55,325 bases of DNA, taken from NCBI GenBank assembly GCA_041642075.1, contig JBEPXF010000003.1, positions 1 to 55,325 on the forward strand. Reading direction: 5' to 3'. Origin of the DNA: Fodinibius sp. Its GTDB lineage: Bacteria; Bacteroidota; Rhodothermia; Balneolales; Balneolaceae. The notes under the pieces were generated by a model that was given only the letters and a program-made list of their open reading frames with translations, was not told where the DNA came from and did no database searches. The translations under genes were made by a program, and so were the position numbers. Of this stretch, positions 1 through 11,730 are shown piece after piece. How positions within the stretch are numbered: the stretch's first letter is position 1; every line of letters starts with the position of its first letter.

Positions 1-185
1 TATTCATCCAGTGGCAGACATACATCGCCCTGCCGATACAAATAACTGACCAGGCAAGCCCCCAACAGAACATGTTCAGAAATATCGGGATGTTGATCAC
101 AAAGAAATCTACACAATTCCATATCAATGGGACGAATAATCCCCTCCCGGCGGAGCAGTTCCAACTTATTCAATAAATTATCCAT
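1..185 (-). CDS. recD: Exodeoxyribonuclease V alpha subunit RecD, N-terminal part (runs off the window)
   Basis: Not in ORF track. Manual translation from ATG at 185: MDNLLNKLELLRREGIIRPIDMELCRFLCDQHPDISEHVLLGACLVSYLYRQGDVCLPLDE, matching the RecD N-terminus (RPxD...GxVCLPL). Overlaps the recB stop by 8 nt. Confidence 0.9.
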   Translation of the reverse strand, partial: MDNLLNKLELLRREGIIRPIDMELCRFLCDQHPDISEHVLLGACLVSYLYRQGDVCLPLDE

Positions 186-3100
186 TGCACTTCCCTTTTA
201 TATATTCATCCAGTTCTCTGATAACCTTTTCATCAGGACAGTCAAAGAATATTCCTTCCCGTCCCGTTTCATTCATTCCCCGTACAAAGAGGTAAAAAGC
301 TCCTCCGAAATGTTCGTCATACGAATAATTTGGAAGTTGCTTATTCAAATATCGATGCAAAGCAACGGTATATATATGATATTGTAAGTCGTAGGATGCC
401 TCACGCATTTCGTGCTTCAGTTCCTCAAACCGGTAATCATCGATCGTGTCTCCTAAGTAATTGGTCTTGTAATCAAGCAGATAATATTTGTCGTTGAATT
501 CAAAAGTCAGATCGATAAACCCTTTTAAGAAACCCGATTTAGCTTCTCCCCGACTTCCCCATACCGGGACTGCTCCATCCCGGATAATCGATAACAACCT
601 GTGGGTTTCGATATGATTATTTTGATAATAAAACTCCATTTCCGGGATTTGCCTGTCCTTAATTGTCGATAAGCTGAGACCTTTTCTATCCGGATGCAGA
701 GACTTTTGTATTACCAAGTCAAGCATTTTGGAAACGGTACTTTTCCATGATTCATCAATTCCATTTAGCCGCAGCTGGTTTAAAATAACCTGACCTTTAT
801 TTCCCCCCTCAGAAAAATAGTTCTCAAAAATATTGTGTATGCAGGTTCCCGGCTGCGGACCTTTAGGAAAGGTAAACATCGTCTGCTCTTCGGACTTCTG
901 AACAGTTCGTTCGTCGAACTCTTTATAATTAATAAATTGATCGTAATCAGGTACATTCGGATTATCTTCTTCCATCCAGCTGCTCAGTGATGAAAAACTG
1001 GATACTTGGTAGCTTGTACGCAGCGGAGTAGCACGTTCAAAGGAACGAATATGGTATTCCGGATTCTCATCTGTGATTCCCGGAAACTCCAGTTGGTTAT
1101 TCTTGGATTGTTCCGGTTCGCGCTCCAGGGTAAATAGATCAGAATACTCATTACATATTTTTTCAATAGCTTCATGCATCGCATCACCGGACAAATCCAT
1201 CGATTCACCTAGACCCACTTTTTCCCGCAACAATGCCTCCGGCTGTCCAGGATCCTGCAACAGGTAACCTAGTGCCGAAAACCCCGATGCTTTGGCAAAC
1301 TCCCATGTCAGGTATAAGCAGTGTTCCGCCCTGGTCATCGCTACATAGGCCAGACGAAGACTCTCAGCCAGCTCCTCGCGTCGGGCATAATATCGCTTTT
1401 GAGGCCGATCAGGATCTGATTTTCCGCTTATATCCAAATAAGTAATCTCAGTATCATCCGGATGGTGATATACCAGCGGCTGACTTTTGTCTTGAATATG
1501 AGGACCATGCCACAGAAACGGACAAAATACGATGGGATACTGCAACCCCTTGCTTTTGTGCATCGTTACAATTTTGACAAGCTCCTCGTCACTTTCTAGG
1601 CGCATTTGCTCCTCTTCACGCTTATTATTGCTGGTGTCCTGCCGTTTCCGGGCCAACCAATGCAGCAAGCTACGGGTCCCCTCCCGGTTATTTTGTGACT
1701 CTTCTTGAAGAAGTTCACCCAGGTGAAGCAAGTTAGTGAGTCTGCGTTCACCATTCGAATATCTAATCACATGATTGGCAATATTCAGTTCATCCAGCAG
1801 CGACCGAAACATCGCAGTAAATCCCTGATCTTGCCACATCCTGTGCCATTCACTAAACTGTTGGAGTACGGTAGTCCAGTGCTCATCATCTTCTTCAATA
1901 GAAAACAGCTCCTCGGCTGAATATCCGGTTAGTGGTAATGATAGGGCCGTTTTAATCCGCGTTTCGTTCGCAGGATCCGCCACCGCTTTCAGGAGCTGTT
2001 CCACTTGGCCGGCCTCATCACTTTCAAATACACTTTTTTCACTGTGCTGGACGCTCTTAATATTGAGCTCCCGGAGAGCCTCGGCAATCAAATCAGCCTG
2101 TTTATGTTTTCTTACTAACACCGCAATATCTTTCGCTTTTACCGACCTTTCGCCAAGAACAATCTTATTTCTTTTTCCGCCTTCAAGTAATCGCTGAATC
2201 TCTTTTGCGGTATCAATGGCCGCGTTTTGTCTCGCCTCTTTTTTATTTAGTGAATCCTGTCCCGCCTCCGATAATCGCCGGAAACGAATGGGAGGACGCT
2301 CTCTGCCATAATCAACCAAAGTATTATACTTTTTCTCAGGCCATCCCCATGTTACCTCCTGGTATTCAATATCATCCACAACAAAAGGGGTATCCCGCCC
2401 TCCCCAAAAGGCATTCAGTCCCCTTAAAAGATCCGGTGTCGATCGGAAATTCCGATCCAGCAGGTATCTTTTTTCTGCCGGAGCATCCTCGCGCGCTTTG
2501 ATATAGGAGTAGACATCGGCTCCGCGAAAGCTATAAATTGACTGCTTGGGATCACCAATCATGAACAGAACACTATCAGAATCCTTGTATACCGTGCGAA
2601 AAATATCGTACTGGTTGGGATCGGTATCCTGAAATTCATCCACCATGGCTATGGGGTACTTTTGGCGAAGCTTGGCGGCTAACTGCTGACCTCTCCTCTG
2701 GTCCAAAAGCGCGTTGCGCAACTGTAAAAGTAAATCATCATAAGAGAATACCTGCAATTCTTCTTTCTTTTGGGTGAGCTCCCCGCGCAGGTATGCCAGC
2801 AGATCTTGCTTAAAAACTATCTCAAAATTCCTTACCGATTCTCTGATCTCTTTGAATTCATCAACAAGCTTAAAAAAAGTATGCTGTGGAGGCTGCTTGC
2901 CCTGTTCCCGGGGCTTTTTCTTCAGACTCGTATCAATTTCACTTTGTTGGAAACGATAAAATTGGGTAAAGGCCTCAAATGGGGGGACATCAGATTCCAG
3001 AAACTCATTCATCAAGCCGAACCATTTATTTAACGCATTTTCAGTATACCTACTTAAGATATTTGAATTCAGCAGGTCGAAAATTCCCTTCCTTTGATCA

Positions 3101-3798
3101 TTCCATACAGACTGAAGCTGTTCGTATACATCCCAAAGTTCCTCCAGTTGTTCTTCAATTTGATAGCTATCAGTACTCTCAGGCAGTACCCGCAAATACG
3201 GTTTACCGATACAGGATCCCAATTCATGGGCTAAGGAGTCTGGACCCACATTATTATCGATAAAAAGCTTTAGGAGCGGTTGCTTTTTGGGATGTTCAGA
3301 GACCTCGGATACCCACTGCCGCCAGTAGTCGTCCACTGCCTCCTGAACTAACTCCGAATCGTCACCAATCATCTCGGCATCGTACATGGCACCACTCTCA
3401 AAAGCCTGCTCCTGCAAGGCTTGGTAACAGAAACCATGGATGGTATAAATCGAAGCTTCATCGAACATGCGAACAGCTTTCTCCAGCTTTTCGACTGCTT
3501 TTATTGGATGATGAACCCCATCCAATAGCTTTTCCAAAAACTCATCAGACTCCTTGTCCACTTTACCGGACTTAAGCACCTCGATAGAGTCACGAATGCG
3601 CTTTAGCAACCGATCTTTAAGCTCTTTAGTAGCGGCATCGGTATAGGTTACAACAAGTATTTTTCCAACAGAAATATCCTGCTCTATAAGTGCACGAATA
3701 TAGAGCGAGGTAATATTATAGGTTTTCCCTGTTCCGGCACTGGCCTCCACAAGATTGACACCCGAGAAATCAATTTCAAATGGCTCCAATAGTTTCAT
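178..3798 (-). CDS. recB: Exodeoxyribonuclease V beta subunit RecB (SF1 helicase + nuclease)
   Basis: 1206 aa; EASAGTGKT, VDEFQDT, GDPKQSIY, TMHKSKGLQY, YVAMTRA; C-terminal nuclease GFIDL...LDYKT. Confidence 0.97.
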   Translation of the reverse strand: MKLLEPFEIDFSGVNLVEASAGTGKTYNITSLYIRALIEQDISVGKILVVTYTDAATKELKDRLLKRIRDSIEVLKSGKVDKESDEFLEKLLDGVHHPIKAVEKLEKAVRMFDEASIYTIHGFCYQALQEQAFESGAMYDAEMIGDDSELVQEAVDDYWRQWVSEVSEHPKKQPLLKLFIDNNVGPDSLAHELGSCIGKPYLRVLPESTDSYQIEEQLEELWDVYEQLQSVWNDQRKGIFDLLNSNILSRYTENALNKWFGLMNEFLESDVPPFEAFTQFYRFQQSEIDTSLKKKPREQGKQPPQHTFFKLVDEFKEIRESVRNFEIVFKQDLLAYLRGELTQKKEELQVFSYDDLLLQLRNALLDQRRGQQLAAKLRQKYPIAMVDEFQDTDPNQYDIFRTVYKDSDSVLFMIGDPKQSIYSFRGADVYSYIKAREDAPAEKRYLLDRNFRSTPDLLRGLNAFWGGRDTPFVVDDIEYQEVTWGWPEKKYNTLVDYGRERPPIRFRRLSEAGQDSLNKKEARQNAAIDTAKEIQRLLEGGKRNKIVLGERSVKAKDIAVLVRKHKQADLIAEALRELNIKSVQHSEKSVFESDEAGQVEQLLKAVADPANETRIKTALSLPLTGYSAEELFSIEEDDEHWTTVLQQFSEWHRMWQDQGFTAMFRSLLDELNIANHVIRYSNGERRLTNLLHLGELLQEESQNNREGTRSLLHWLARKRQDTSNNKREEEQMRLESDEELVKIVTMHKSKGLQYPIVFCPFLWHGPHIQDKSQPLVYHHPDDTEITYLDISGKSDPDRPQKRYYARREELAESLRLAYVAMTRAEHCLYLTWEFAKASGFSALGYLLQDPGQPEALLREKVGLGESMDLSGDAMHEAIEKICNEYSDLFTLEREPEQSKNNQLEFPGITDENPEYHIRSFERATPLRTSYQVSSFSSLSSWMEEDNPNVPDYDQFINYKEFDERTVQKSEEQTMFTFPKGPQPGTCIHNIFENYFSEGGNKGQVILNQLRLNGIDESWKSTVSKMLDLVIQKSLHPDRKGLSLSTIKDRQIPEMEFYYQNNHIETHRLLSIIRDGAVPVWGSRGEAKSGFLKGFIDLTFEFNDKYYLLDYKTNYLGDTIDDYRFEELKHEMREASYDLQYHIYTVALHRYLNKQLPNYSYDEHFGGAFYLFVRGMNETGREGIFFDCPDEKVIRELDEYIKGKCNG

Positions 3799-3799
3799 T

Positions 3800-6700
3800 T
3801 CAGGGTTTCTCCTTATTTAATGCCTTAAAGAAAGGAGTCCAAATCTGACGTGCAGTCTCAGTAAATTCGTCGTCAAATGGATTATGTCGAGATGTAACCA
3901 GTTGATTGTAGGAATCGTCTCCTTCTCCGGCCTGGTAATAGGACGGCGTATCGATGGCTTCCCATTTTTTTTGAGCTTTTTCTATTCCTGCCTCAATATT
4001 TTTTCCGTCTTTAACTACGCTCTCAGCAAAAGCATAAGACGAACTACAATAAAGCTGCAACGGTTTTTGCAATCCCTTCCAATACCAACTCAACAGATCG
4101 CCTAATACCATTTCAGCATTTTCTACGGGAAACAAACGATACTCTTCAAAGGACCCTTTATCCCATGAAAGTAATAAGCTATGGCCAGAATGGTTCCTGG
4201 GTTTAACCTCATGAAACAATAAATGCCGAATCCACCAATCGATTTTATCCTTGGGACGAGCTTTGCCAAATCGATAGGTCATTTGAGCACCTTCATATAC
4301 ATTGGAGAGAGTCCCAATAACTCGAAAGTCATTGATCGAAAAATCCACTTCTAAATCATCCAGTTGTTGTAATTCAAGGTACTGACGAATTTCGTGGCCA
4401 AATGCCCTTACCTCTGTGGCCTTCTGTCGATATGCCTGTTCCCCGCTCCAGCCCTCGGGCAGCATATCTCTGGATTGCATGACCTCTTCATAGGATTCGA
4501 GCGACTCCTTTTTTAGAAAGCGTTCTAACAACTCTTGCCCTATTTTATATCCGTCTAAACTATCCAAAGAAAACGGTTCCCGATCATCGGTCAGCACATC
4601 TTCTTCCCGAAGATAGATACCCAGTCTATTACGCAGTACAAACCTTGCCGGATGCTGAAAAAAAGCGATCAAATCACTAATAGATAACTGCTTCCATTCT
4701 TCTTCTGGCTCGGGTAATTCTGTTCCAAAAAAGTCTTTGGTTACTGATTTCGAAAGGTTCCGGCAGATATCCCGTTGTGACTGAGAATAGCTGAAATAAT
4801 TTTCATCGGTAAAATAACGGGAGCTAAAGGCTTGTAAATGATGATCTTGTACGATCGATTGAGGATCCAATCCATAATACTCTTCCAGATAATCCAAAAA
4901 TTCCTGCAGAATCACTGAGGGGGGAAAATTGGAATCCTGTCTGTTACTCTGGCCCACATAACTAAAGTAGAGACAAGTTCGAGCTGATAATAAATTTTCT
5001 AAGAAGAGATAGCGGTCCTCAACTGCCTGTATGGGATCACCGGCTTCCGGATCCAAATGCATTAAATCAAATTCAATGGGGATCTTTGAACGCGGAAAAG
5101 TCCCTTCATTCATCCCGATCATACCGATTACCTCAAACGGAATACTGCGCATGGGCTTCAGGGAACTGAAGGTAACTCCGCGACCCAGACGTCCCCCGCC
5201 CGTGGATGAATCCTGCAGGTTTTCCTTCATCCATCTTCGTACAATAGCAAACGGAACGTTGTGTTTATAACCAGCCAATGAGGCTTGTTCAGCCAATTCA
5301 TTTACTGCTTTGCGAATTTTAGATATCTCCCAAAAATAGTCGCGATTGTCAGGCAAAAACTGATCTGCAATTTCATTCAGTTCCTGTTTCCATTCATTTG
5401 GTGAAATTGACTTATTTGCCAGCTTGTTAATATTAAACAGTTGGTTCAGAAAATACGACAGTTTCCCGGCCAGCTCTGCATCTTCCGACGTCTCAACTTC
5501 ATTATAGGCATAAATGCTCTCGTATAACCTATCTTCAGCGGCATGCATCATATATCCCAACAGTACCCGGCGGAGTCCCCGCTGCCAAGTATAATGATCG
5601 CTCTCGGGTAAATTCATATCCTTCTTACTTTTCCCATCAATACCCCAGCGGACACGATTATCAGCAATCCACTGCTCAAGTCTGTTCAGCTCCTCATCTG
5701 AAAAATTAAATGCTTCTCGAATGGGATTGCTGTCCATCAGGTCCATTACATCGGTTACCTTAAAGCGGCTCTCACATAACTCCAAGATCTGTAAAAAAGC
5801 ATCGATAGCGGGCTGTTCTTTTCCAACGCTTTTATCGGCAATAGCATACGGAATACCCGGTTGACCCTCATCGGGTGTAGAAAATACCGCCTCTATCACG
5901 GGAACATAACTTTTAATATCCGGCGTCATGATAAGAATCTCATCAGGACTTAGCTCAGTATTTTCATCCAAAAGAGCCAACAGCTGGTCGTACAGTACCT
6001 CAACTTCACGCATCTGGCTGTGGCAATTATGCACCTGAATTGATTGATCAGCCGGAGGCACATTTAACTTACGCCCTTTTAAGGGATTGTCTGATCGAAG
6101 ATCATTTTGGATAGCTGAAAAAACTGAGGGAGTTTTTTCAGCTTCAGTATTATTAACCAGTTGATAATTCGTTTTAGCATAACTGGAAAAGATGGACATA
6201 AATTTGGTCCCCTCGGTTCCCAGCGACTGCAATAATGGATTTTGAAAGTTTTCACTTTCTTTAATTTTGGGATCTACGGAGAGCTGGTAAAAATGCACTT
6301 CCGTTAGTTTCGATAACTTCACCATTGTTTCGATAAATGCCGGTGAAGCGGAAGAAACACCGAAGACCGAAATGCGATCGGGTAATTCGTCTGCCGACAG
6401 GGTTTTTTCATCAATGGATTTCCAAAGATTATGCTCTAATTCTGCCCGGTGCAGATATTTTCCGTCATAATTATCTTTCCAATGGGTTATTAATCTTCTC
6501 CATAATTGAGATTGCCATTTTTCTGCCGTTACACTTTGGGTATGTAGTTTTTTCTTCTCCCAGTCCAGTATCATTTGGGGACGATAAATCAAATACTGGT
6601 CAAAGACATCAGCAATCTTAGAAGCTAGCTTCCAACTGCGCATAGAACGCTGTACAGGATCTTTTTCATCGATATAGTGGCGCAAATTCTCAAATTCGGA

Positions 6701-7018
6701 CAAAAAAGTCTCCTCCTCGAAAAGTTCCATAAGCGTCCATGTCATCGGACCGCGATCAGAAGGTAAAGCATCGGGGATATCATCATCCTGCAGGCGAATG
6801 AGGCTCCAAATCCGTTCGGAAGGAAATTCAAATTTAAGGTTGGCGGCTATTCCATCTTCCTGTTCGGCCATCCTGAGCGAGAGCCACTGGCCCATACCGT
6901 TATTCGGTACCACAAATATCTCTTTCTCCAACGGATCTTTAGGAAGATTTTCCTTCAGCTCCTTGAAAAGCCGGTCAGCCAAGTTTTCTAATTCAGTACC
7001 GAAAAAAAATTTGAGCAT
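3800..7018 (-). CDS. recC: Exodeoxyribonuclease V gamma subunit RecC
   Basis: 1072 aa; VVPNNGMGQWL, DVFDQYLIYRP, CHSQMREVEVL, PMRSIPF; stop lies 1 nt before the recB start. Confidence 0.96.
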   Translation of the reverse strand: MLKFFFGTELENLADRLFKELKENLPKDPLEKEIFVVPNNGMGQWLSLRMAEQEDGIAANLKFEFPSERIWSLIRLQDDDIPDALPSDRGPMTWTLMELFEEETFLSEFENLRHYIDEKDPVQRSMRSWKLASKIADVFDQYLIYRPQMILDWEKKKLHTQSVTAEKWQSQLWRRLITHWKDNYDGKYLHRAELEHNLWKSIDEKTLSADELPDRISVFGVSSASPAFIETMVKLSKLTEVHFYQLSVDPKIKESENFQNPLLQSLGTEGTKFMSIFSSYAKTNYQLVNNTEAEKTPSVFSAIQNDLRSDNPLKGRKLNVPPADQSIQVHNCHSQMREVEVLYDQLLALLDENTELSPDEILIMTPDIKSYVPVIEAVFSTPDEGQPGIPYAIADKSVGKEQPAIDAFLQILELCESRFKVTDVMDLMDSNPIREAFNFSDEELNRLEQWIADNRVRWGIDGKSKKDMNLPESDHYTWQRGLRRVLLGYMMHAAEDRLYESIYAYNEVETSEDAELAGKLSYFLNQLFNINKLANKSISPNEWKQELNEIADQFLPDNRDYFWEISKIRKAVNELAEQASLAGYKHNVPFAIVRRWMKENLQDSSTGGGRLGRGVTFSSLKPMRSIPFEVIGMIGMNEGTFPRSKIPIEFDLMHLDPEAGDPIQAVEDRYLFLENLLSARTCLYFSYVGQSNRQDSNFPPSVILQEFLDYLEEYYGLDPQSIVQDHHLQAFSSRYFTDENYFSYSQSQRDICRNLSKSVTKDFFGTELPEPEEEWKQLSISDLIAFFQHPARFVLRNRLGIYLREEDVLTDDREPFSLDSLDGYKIGQELLERFLKKESLESYEEVMQSRDMLPEGWSGEQAYRQKATEVRAFGHEIRQYLELQQLDDLEVDFSINDFRVIGTLSNVYEGAQMTYRFGKARPKDKIDWWIRHLLFHEVKPRNHSGHSLLLSWDKGSFEEYRLFPVENAEMVLGDLLSWYWKGLQKPLQLYCSSSYAFAESVVKDGKNIEAGIEKAQKKWEAIDTPSYYQAGEGDDSYNQLVTSRHNPFDDEFTETARQIWTPFFKALNKEKP

Positions 7019-7146
7019 TAAGTATCGCTTGAACAGGTCACTAATATAGTTCTACAAGGATATCAAAAACCGAAAAAAGTACGCAAAAGTAAACACTCCT
7101 ACCTAAGGAATTTGATTGACCTGCTTGCGATATAATCCCATAGATG

Positions 7147-7896
7147 TTATTGACTTTCTACCGTCTCCAGGTATTCCCGTATCCGGTGAGCATTTACCCC
7201 GATATCTCCCCGCCCTATTCTGGAAACTGAGCGGACATCAATTTTACTGCGCTCTGCAGTGTCCGCGGTATCCACGCGTATTACTACATCATCTATAAAG
7301 CCGAACCAAGGTAATTTGTCAAATGCCTCAATTATACCGGTTTCTTTATCTACTGTCACAATCTCTTCCCACGGCATTTCCTGGGCAGCAGTCAAGGCGC
7401 GATCAAAAGCCACTGAAAAACCTGCATCCAAATACAGCGTTTCAATATCGGGATAATGCTCGCGCTGTGTTGCGGCTTTTTCCTGATCGCCATAGGTTGT
7501 GTCATTTGAAGCATCCGCTCGCAAAGGTACAATAGCACGAAACTCAGGAGGATTTTCAATATCCGTGGTTATATCGTGTATGGGTGGATACTTCTGTGCT
7601 TCTAGGTACCAGTAGCCCACAGTGCCCAATACTGCAAAGCTTAGGATAAGTCCCAGAACCACATATCCCGCTCCTTTTTTATTCGGACTGCCTCTTCTGG
7701 CAAATCCAAAAACAATAGCCAGGGCAAAAGCGATAAGACCTACTATAGTGCTGCCCGGCAACAACCAGGTAAAAGCTGTTCCCAGTTCCCACCAGTTCCA
7801 CTGATATCCATATCCTGCAAGTAGCAAAGTGATGGCAGCGACGATTCCAAATCCTGCACTGGCTAATGCCCATTTCGAAGTTTTTCCCTGATCCAT
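7147..7896 (-). CDS. DUF1499 domain membrane protein
   Basis: Three N-terminal TM helices, PPIHDITTD, FGFIDDVVIRV, DVRSVSRIGRGDIGVNAHRI. Confidence 0.88.
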   Translation of the reverse strand: MDQGKTSKWALASAGFGIVAAITLLLAGYGYQWNWWELGTAFTWLLPGSTIVGLIAFALAIVFGFARRGSPNKKGAGYVVLGLILSFAVLGTVGYWYLEAQKYPPIHDITTDIENPPEFRAIVPLRADASNDTTYGDQEKAATQREHYPDIETLYLDAGFSVAFDRALTAAQEMPWEEIVTVDKETGIIEAFDKLPWFGFIDDVVIRVDTADTAERSKIDVRSVSRIGRGDIGVNAHRIREYLETVESQ

Positions 7897-8014
7897 AATA
7901 CCCTGTTCTTACCTTAAATTATATTGATATGAGATATTTTATATCTGCACCCCAAGATATCAGTAATATAGATAGTCATTCCATATTATCAAGCATTATT
8001 AACTATATCCATCC

Positions 8015-8911
8015 CTAAGCTCTCAAACGCTTTTTCTTGAGCTGTATTAATACAACGGCAGCAAGTACCAATAAAATTCCGAATATCTGAAAGGAGGTCA
8101 AAGCTTCCTGAAACAGGAATACGCCAAGGAGTGTCGCTACCACTGGTTCAACCGTGGCGGCTATAGATGCACGCCCGCTTTCAATCATTGACAAGCCCAT
8201 GGTATAAAGGAAATAAGCCAAAGCCGTAGGAAAAAAGCCAAGACCCAAAATGTTTAGCCAGATATATGCAGAGGACAGCTGTTCAGCAGTAATAGTCATT
8301 CCGCTGGTTGGTAACATCACTATCGAGGCAAAAACAAACGTATAGGTAATAACAGTCAAAGGATGATATCTCCTGAGTGCATATTTGCCAAAAATACTAT
8401 ACAGTGCATACCCAAAACCCGCTCCCAATCCAACAAGAATTCCATACCAGGAAACATGCTTGTCTCCTATTGGAATCACTTTAATAACGAGTACACATCC
8501 TGACAGCGTTAACATTAAAGCACCTATTTTACGGGCAGTTAAAGGTTCCCGGAAGAAAAACCAAGATAAAATAACCACAAAAGCGGGTCCCGTGTACAAT
8601 AAGATAACTGCTATAGAAAGTGAAACCTCCTTGATAGCGGTAAAATAACACCAGTTGAAAAAAACAACACTGAAGATGCCCGTACCTATAAAGTATAATG
8701 AATCTTCCACATTAAACTGTAACAACCGGAAGTTAGTAATAGCCAGGAAAAAAATAAGCATCACAGTAGCACTGATCACCCTGAGAGCTACAATCTGGAA
8801 AGTTGTGAATCCCGCTTCAGATAACACGTTTACAAATAGCCCAACGATTCCCCATAATGCGGCACCCAGCAGAATATAAATATAGGCAAGACGGCTGTTA
8901 CTCTGAATCAA
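8015..8911 (-). CDS. EamA/DMT family transporter
   Basis: 298 aa, ~10 TM, two EamA repeats (LLYTGPAFV; ATVEPVVATLLG). Confidence 0.9.
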   Translation of the reverse strand: MIQSNSRLAYIYILLGAALWGIVGLFVNVLSEAGFTTFQIVALRVISATVMLIFFLAITNFRLLQFNVEDSLYFIGTGIFSVVFFNWCYFTAIKEVSLSIAVILLYTGPAFVVILSWFFFREPLTARKIGALMLTLSGCVLVIKVIPIGDKHVSWYGILVGLGAGFGYALYSIFGKYALRRYHPLTVITYTFVFASIVMLPTSGMTITAEQLSSAYIWLNILGLGFFPTALAYFLYTMGLSMIESGRASIAATVEPVVATLLGVFLFQEALTSFQIFGILLVLAAVVLIQLKKKRLRA

Positions 8912-8994
8912 TGGATATTCTTTAGTTGCAATTTATCATCAACTACAAGATGTTAGCAATCTGTTTAATATAATTCTAATATTAGGTCTCATAA

Positions 8995-10980
8995 ATGATC
9001 CGCCCTAAAGGAGATATAAGCAAAGAATCCGCTCATTTACTTTATAAGCAATTATTGCTTCCCCGACGTATCGAAGAGCGAATGCTGAACCTTTTGCGAC
9101 AAAATAAAATCAGCAAATGGTTCTCCGGTATGGGTCAGGAAGCCATCTCTGTCGGCACTGCTTACGCACTCGATGATAAGGATTATCTGTTACCCATGCA
9201 TCGGAACCTGGGACTTTTCACTACCAGGGACGTAGACCTATATAAATTATTCTGCCAATGGTTGGGGAAAGCCGATGGCTATACTGGCGGACGTGACCGC
9301 TCTTTTCATTTTGGAATACCTCAAAAACGGATAGTGGGTATGATATCACATTTGGCGGCCACTATGCCTGTTGCAGACGGATTGGCATTCGCTTCAAAGT
9401 TACGTGATGATGGTTTTATTGCCTGCAGCTTCTGTGGAGATGGAGCTACCAGCGAAGGAGAATTCCATGAAGCCCTTAATTTAGCTGGGGTGTGGAAACT
9501 CCCGGTTATCTTTATGATCGAAAACAATGGCTATGGTCTTTCCACTCCTACGAGTGAACAGTATGCCTGTGACAATTTGGTGGACCGAGCACGGGGTTAC
9601 GGCTTGGGTGGTATGAAGATAGACGGCAATAATATCTTTGAGGTTATTGAGGCGGTAACTGAAGCTAAAAGCTATGCCCTCAATGGACAACCGGTGCTTA
9701 TTGAAGCCAAGACTTTTCGCATGCGGGGACATGAGGAGGCTTCCGGCACTTTCTACGTGCCTGATGAAAAGTTTGAAAAATGGGCAGACAAAGATCCCAT
9801 CGATCGTTTCGAAGAATGGCTTAAAGCAGAAGGATTAATTTCGGGAGATGGGGAATTGGAAGCCATTCGGGAAGAAGTGGATCAACAATTTCTTCCTCAA
9901 CTCGATGAGGCCATTAAGGCTGAAGATCCTGTTTTTAACCAGCAAAAAGAAGAACAAAGGCTGTTTGCCCCATCCGTTCTTCCCCAACATCCGAAGTCCG
10001 TCACTTCTACCTCTGAAAAACGCTTAGTGGATGCCATACAATTTTCCCTTAAGCAAGCTTTCGAGGAAGATGATCACTTCATCATCATGGGACAGGATAT
10101 TGCGGAATACGGGGGTGTATTTAAGGTAACAGAAGGACTTTTGGATCAATTTGGGAAAGAACGGGTTCGAAACACTCCCATTATTGAAGCCGGAATACTG
10201 GGCGCTGCAGTCGGACTGGCCCTGGAAGGATTCAAGCCGGTTGTCGAAATGCAATTTGCCGATTTTATTTCCTGCGGATTCAATCAGATCATCAATAACA
10301 TCTCAAAGGGACAGTACCGCTGGATGCCCCCGCTAAATATTACGATCCGAGCACCGCACGGAGCAGGAGTAGGTGCAGGTCCGTACCATTCACAATCCCC
10401 CGAAGGATGGTTTATGCAGCACCCGGGACTCAAAATAGTGGTCCCCTCAACAGTAGAAGATGCCCAAAACCTACTTTATAGTGCCCTTTATGATCCTAAC
10501 CCGGTCCTCTTTTTTGAACATAAGAAACTCTATCGGAGCATTCGGAATATTACTCCCGACCGATGTACACCCGAAAAATTAGGAAGTGCAAAAATCTATC
10601 GGGAAGGATCGGATGCCACTATCATTACCTACGGGATGGGCGTTCACTGGGCAAATGAAATAGCTGAATATTATGCCAGCGAAGGAATAGCCATTGAAAT
10701 CATAGACCTCCGTTGTCTCGCTCCATTGGACTTTAAAACTGTAAGACAATCTGTTTCAAAAACGAACCGAGTACTACTCCTGCAGGAACCCTCCACTACG
10801 TTGGGACCTATGAGCGAGCTCTCGTCCCTCCTCAGCGAAAACTGTTTTGAACAGCTCGATGCCCCGGTTATGCGCTGCTCTTCCCTGGATATTCCCGTGC
10901 CTTTCAGTCCAAAGTTGGAGAAAGAATATTTGGCAGACGCCCGTTTAAAAGAAAAGTTAGATGAGCTATTGGCTTATTAA
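8995..10980 (+). CDS. 2-oxoacid (probably branched-chain) dehydrogenase E1, fused alpha/beta subunits
   Basis: GQEAI, TPP motif GDGATSEG...IENNGY, RMRGHEE; beta half [34 protein letters not shown]. Confidence 0.93.
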   Translation: MIRPKGDISKESAHLLYKQLLLPRRIEERMLNLLRQNKISKWFSGMGQEAISVGTAYALDDKDYLLPMHRNLGLFTTRDVDLYKLFCQWLGKADGYTGGRDRSFHFGIPQKRIVGMISHLAATMPVADGLAFASKLRDDGFIACSFCGDGATSEGEFHEALNLAGVWKLPVIFMIENNGYGLSTPTSEQYACDNLVDRARGYGLGGMKIDGNNIFEVIEAVTEAKSYALNGQPVLIEAKTFRMRGHEEASGTFYVPDEKFEKWADKDPIDRFEEWLKAEGLISGDGELEAIREEVDQQFLPQLDEAIKAEDPVFNQQKEEQRLFAPSVLPQHPKSVTSTSEKRLVDAIQFSLKQAFEEDDHFIIMGQDIAEYGGVFKVTEGLLDQFGKERVRNTPIIEAGILGAAVGLALEGFKPVVEMQFADFISCGFNQIINNISKGQYRWMPPLNITIRAPHGAGVGAGPYHSQSPEGWFMQHPGLKIVVPSTVEDAQNLLYSALYDPNPVLFFEHKKLYRSIRNITPDRCTPEKLGSAKIYREGSDATIITYGMGVHWANEIAEYYASEGIAIEIIDLRCLAPLDFKTVRQSVSKTNRVLLLQEPSTTLGPMSELSSLLSENCFEQLDAPVMRCSSLDIPVPFSPKLEKEYLADARLKEKLDELLAY

Positions 10981-11723
10981 TCAGCAACGGGAGCTATTTG
11001 ATCCTGCGATATCACTCCACCGGGCAACTCCATAATATCGATCTTTCTAAAATGTACTTCCGAACCTTCCGACTCAGGACAGATGTATCCTTTCTTGCGT
11101 TTGGTTGAGCGTATTCCATTGACAAATTTGCCATTAACGGCCAGCTTTAGCGTACCATCGACACATACAACGATATATCGATTCCATTCTCCCGTACCGT
11201 TCACTCTGTTCTCCAAGGCATAACTTCGGCCCTCAATTTCCGAAGGATTATCGGGAATCGTACCCTCAAGATTCATCGCCGGAAAGAGGTGTCCATGTAC
11301 GTATTCAACTGGACGATCATTGATCTCTGCCCATTGAACATCCAGCATTTGCACTTCCATACCCTTAGGATAGGGCTGATCCTTATGTGGTGTACCATCA
11401 GACCATACAAAAACTCCGGAATTTCCTCCGGGCTCCATATGACGCCATTCAATATCGAGAATAAAGTTCTGATACTGCTTTTCAGTACGAATCACTCCAA
11501 TGGGACGGCCCGTACACTTTAGGATCCCCCCTTCCACCCACCAAGTATCCTTAGAGGTATTCACATCTTTAAACCCATTTAGATCCTTTCCATTAAAAAG
11601 TGGCTTGAAAGAAAGCAACTCTTCTCCAGCTGAATGGTCTTCATCTGAGCTATGCACTAATGGATTTGCAAAAAGTACAGAAGATCCCAGCAGTGCCTGC
11701 TTCGCAAAGGTGCGCCGATCCAT
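10977..11723 (-). CDS. DUF1080 / 3-keto-disaccharide hydrolase family protein, Tat-exported
   Basis: MDRRTFAK twin-arginine signal; [33 protein letters not shown]. Confidence 0.9.
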   Translation of the reverse strand: MDRRTFAKQALLGSSVLFANPLVHSSDEDHSAGEELLSFKPLFNGKDLNGFKDVNTSKDTWWVEGGILKCTGRPIGVIRTEKQYQNFILDIEWRHMEPGGNSGVFVWSDGTPHKDQPYPKGMEVQMLDVQWAEINDRPVEYVHGHLFPAMNLEGTIPDNPSEIEGRSYALENRVNGTGEWNRYIVVCVDGTLKLAVNGKFVNGIRSTKRKKGYICPESEGSEVHFRKIDIMELPGGVISQDQIAPVAD

Positions 11724-11730
11724 AATAATA

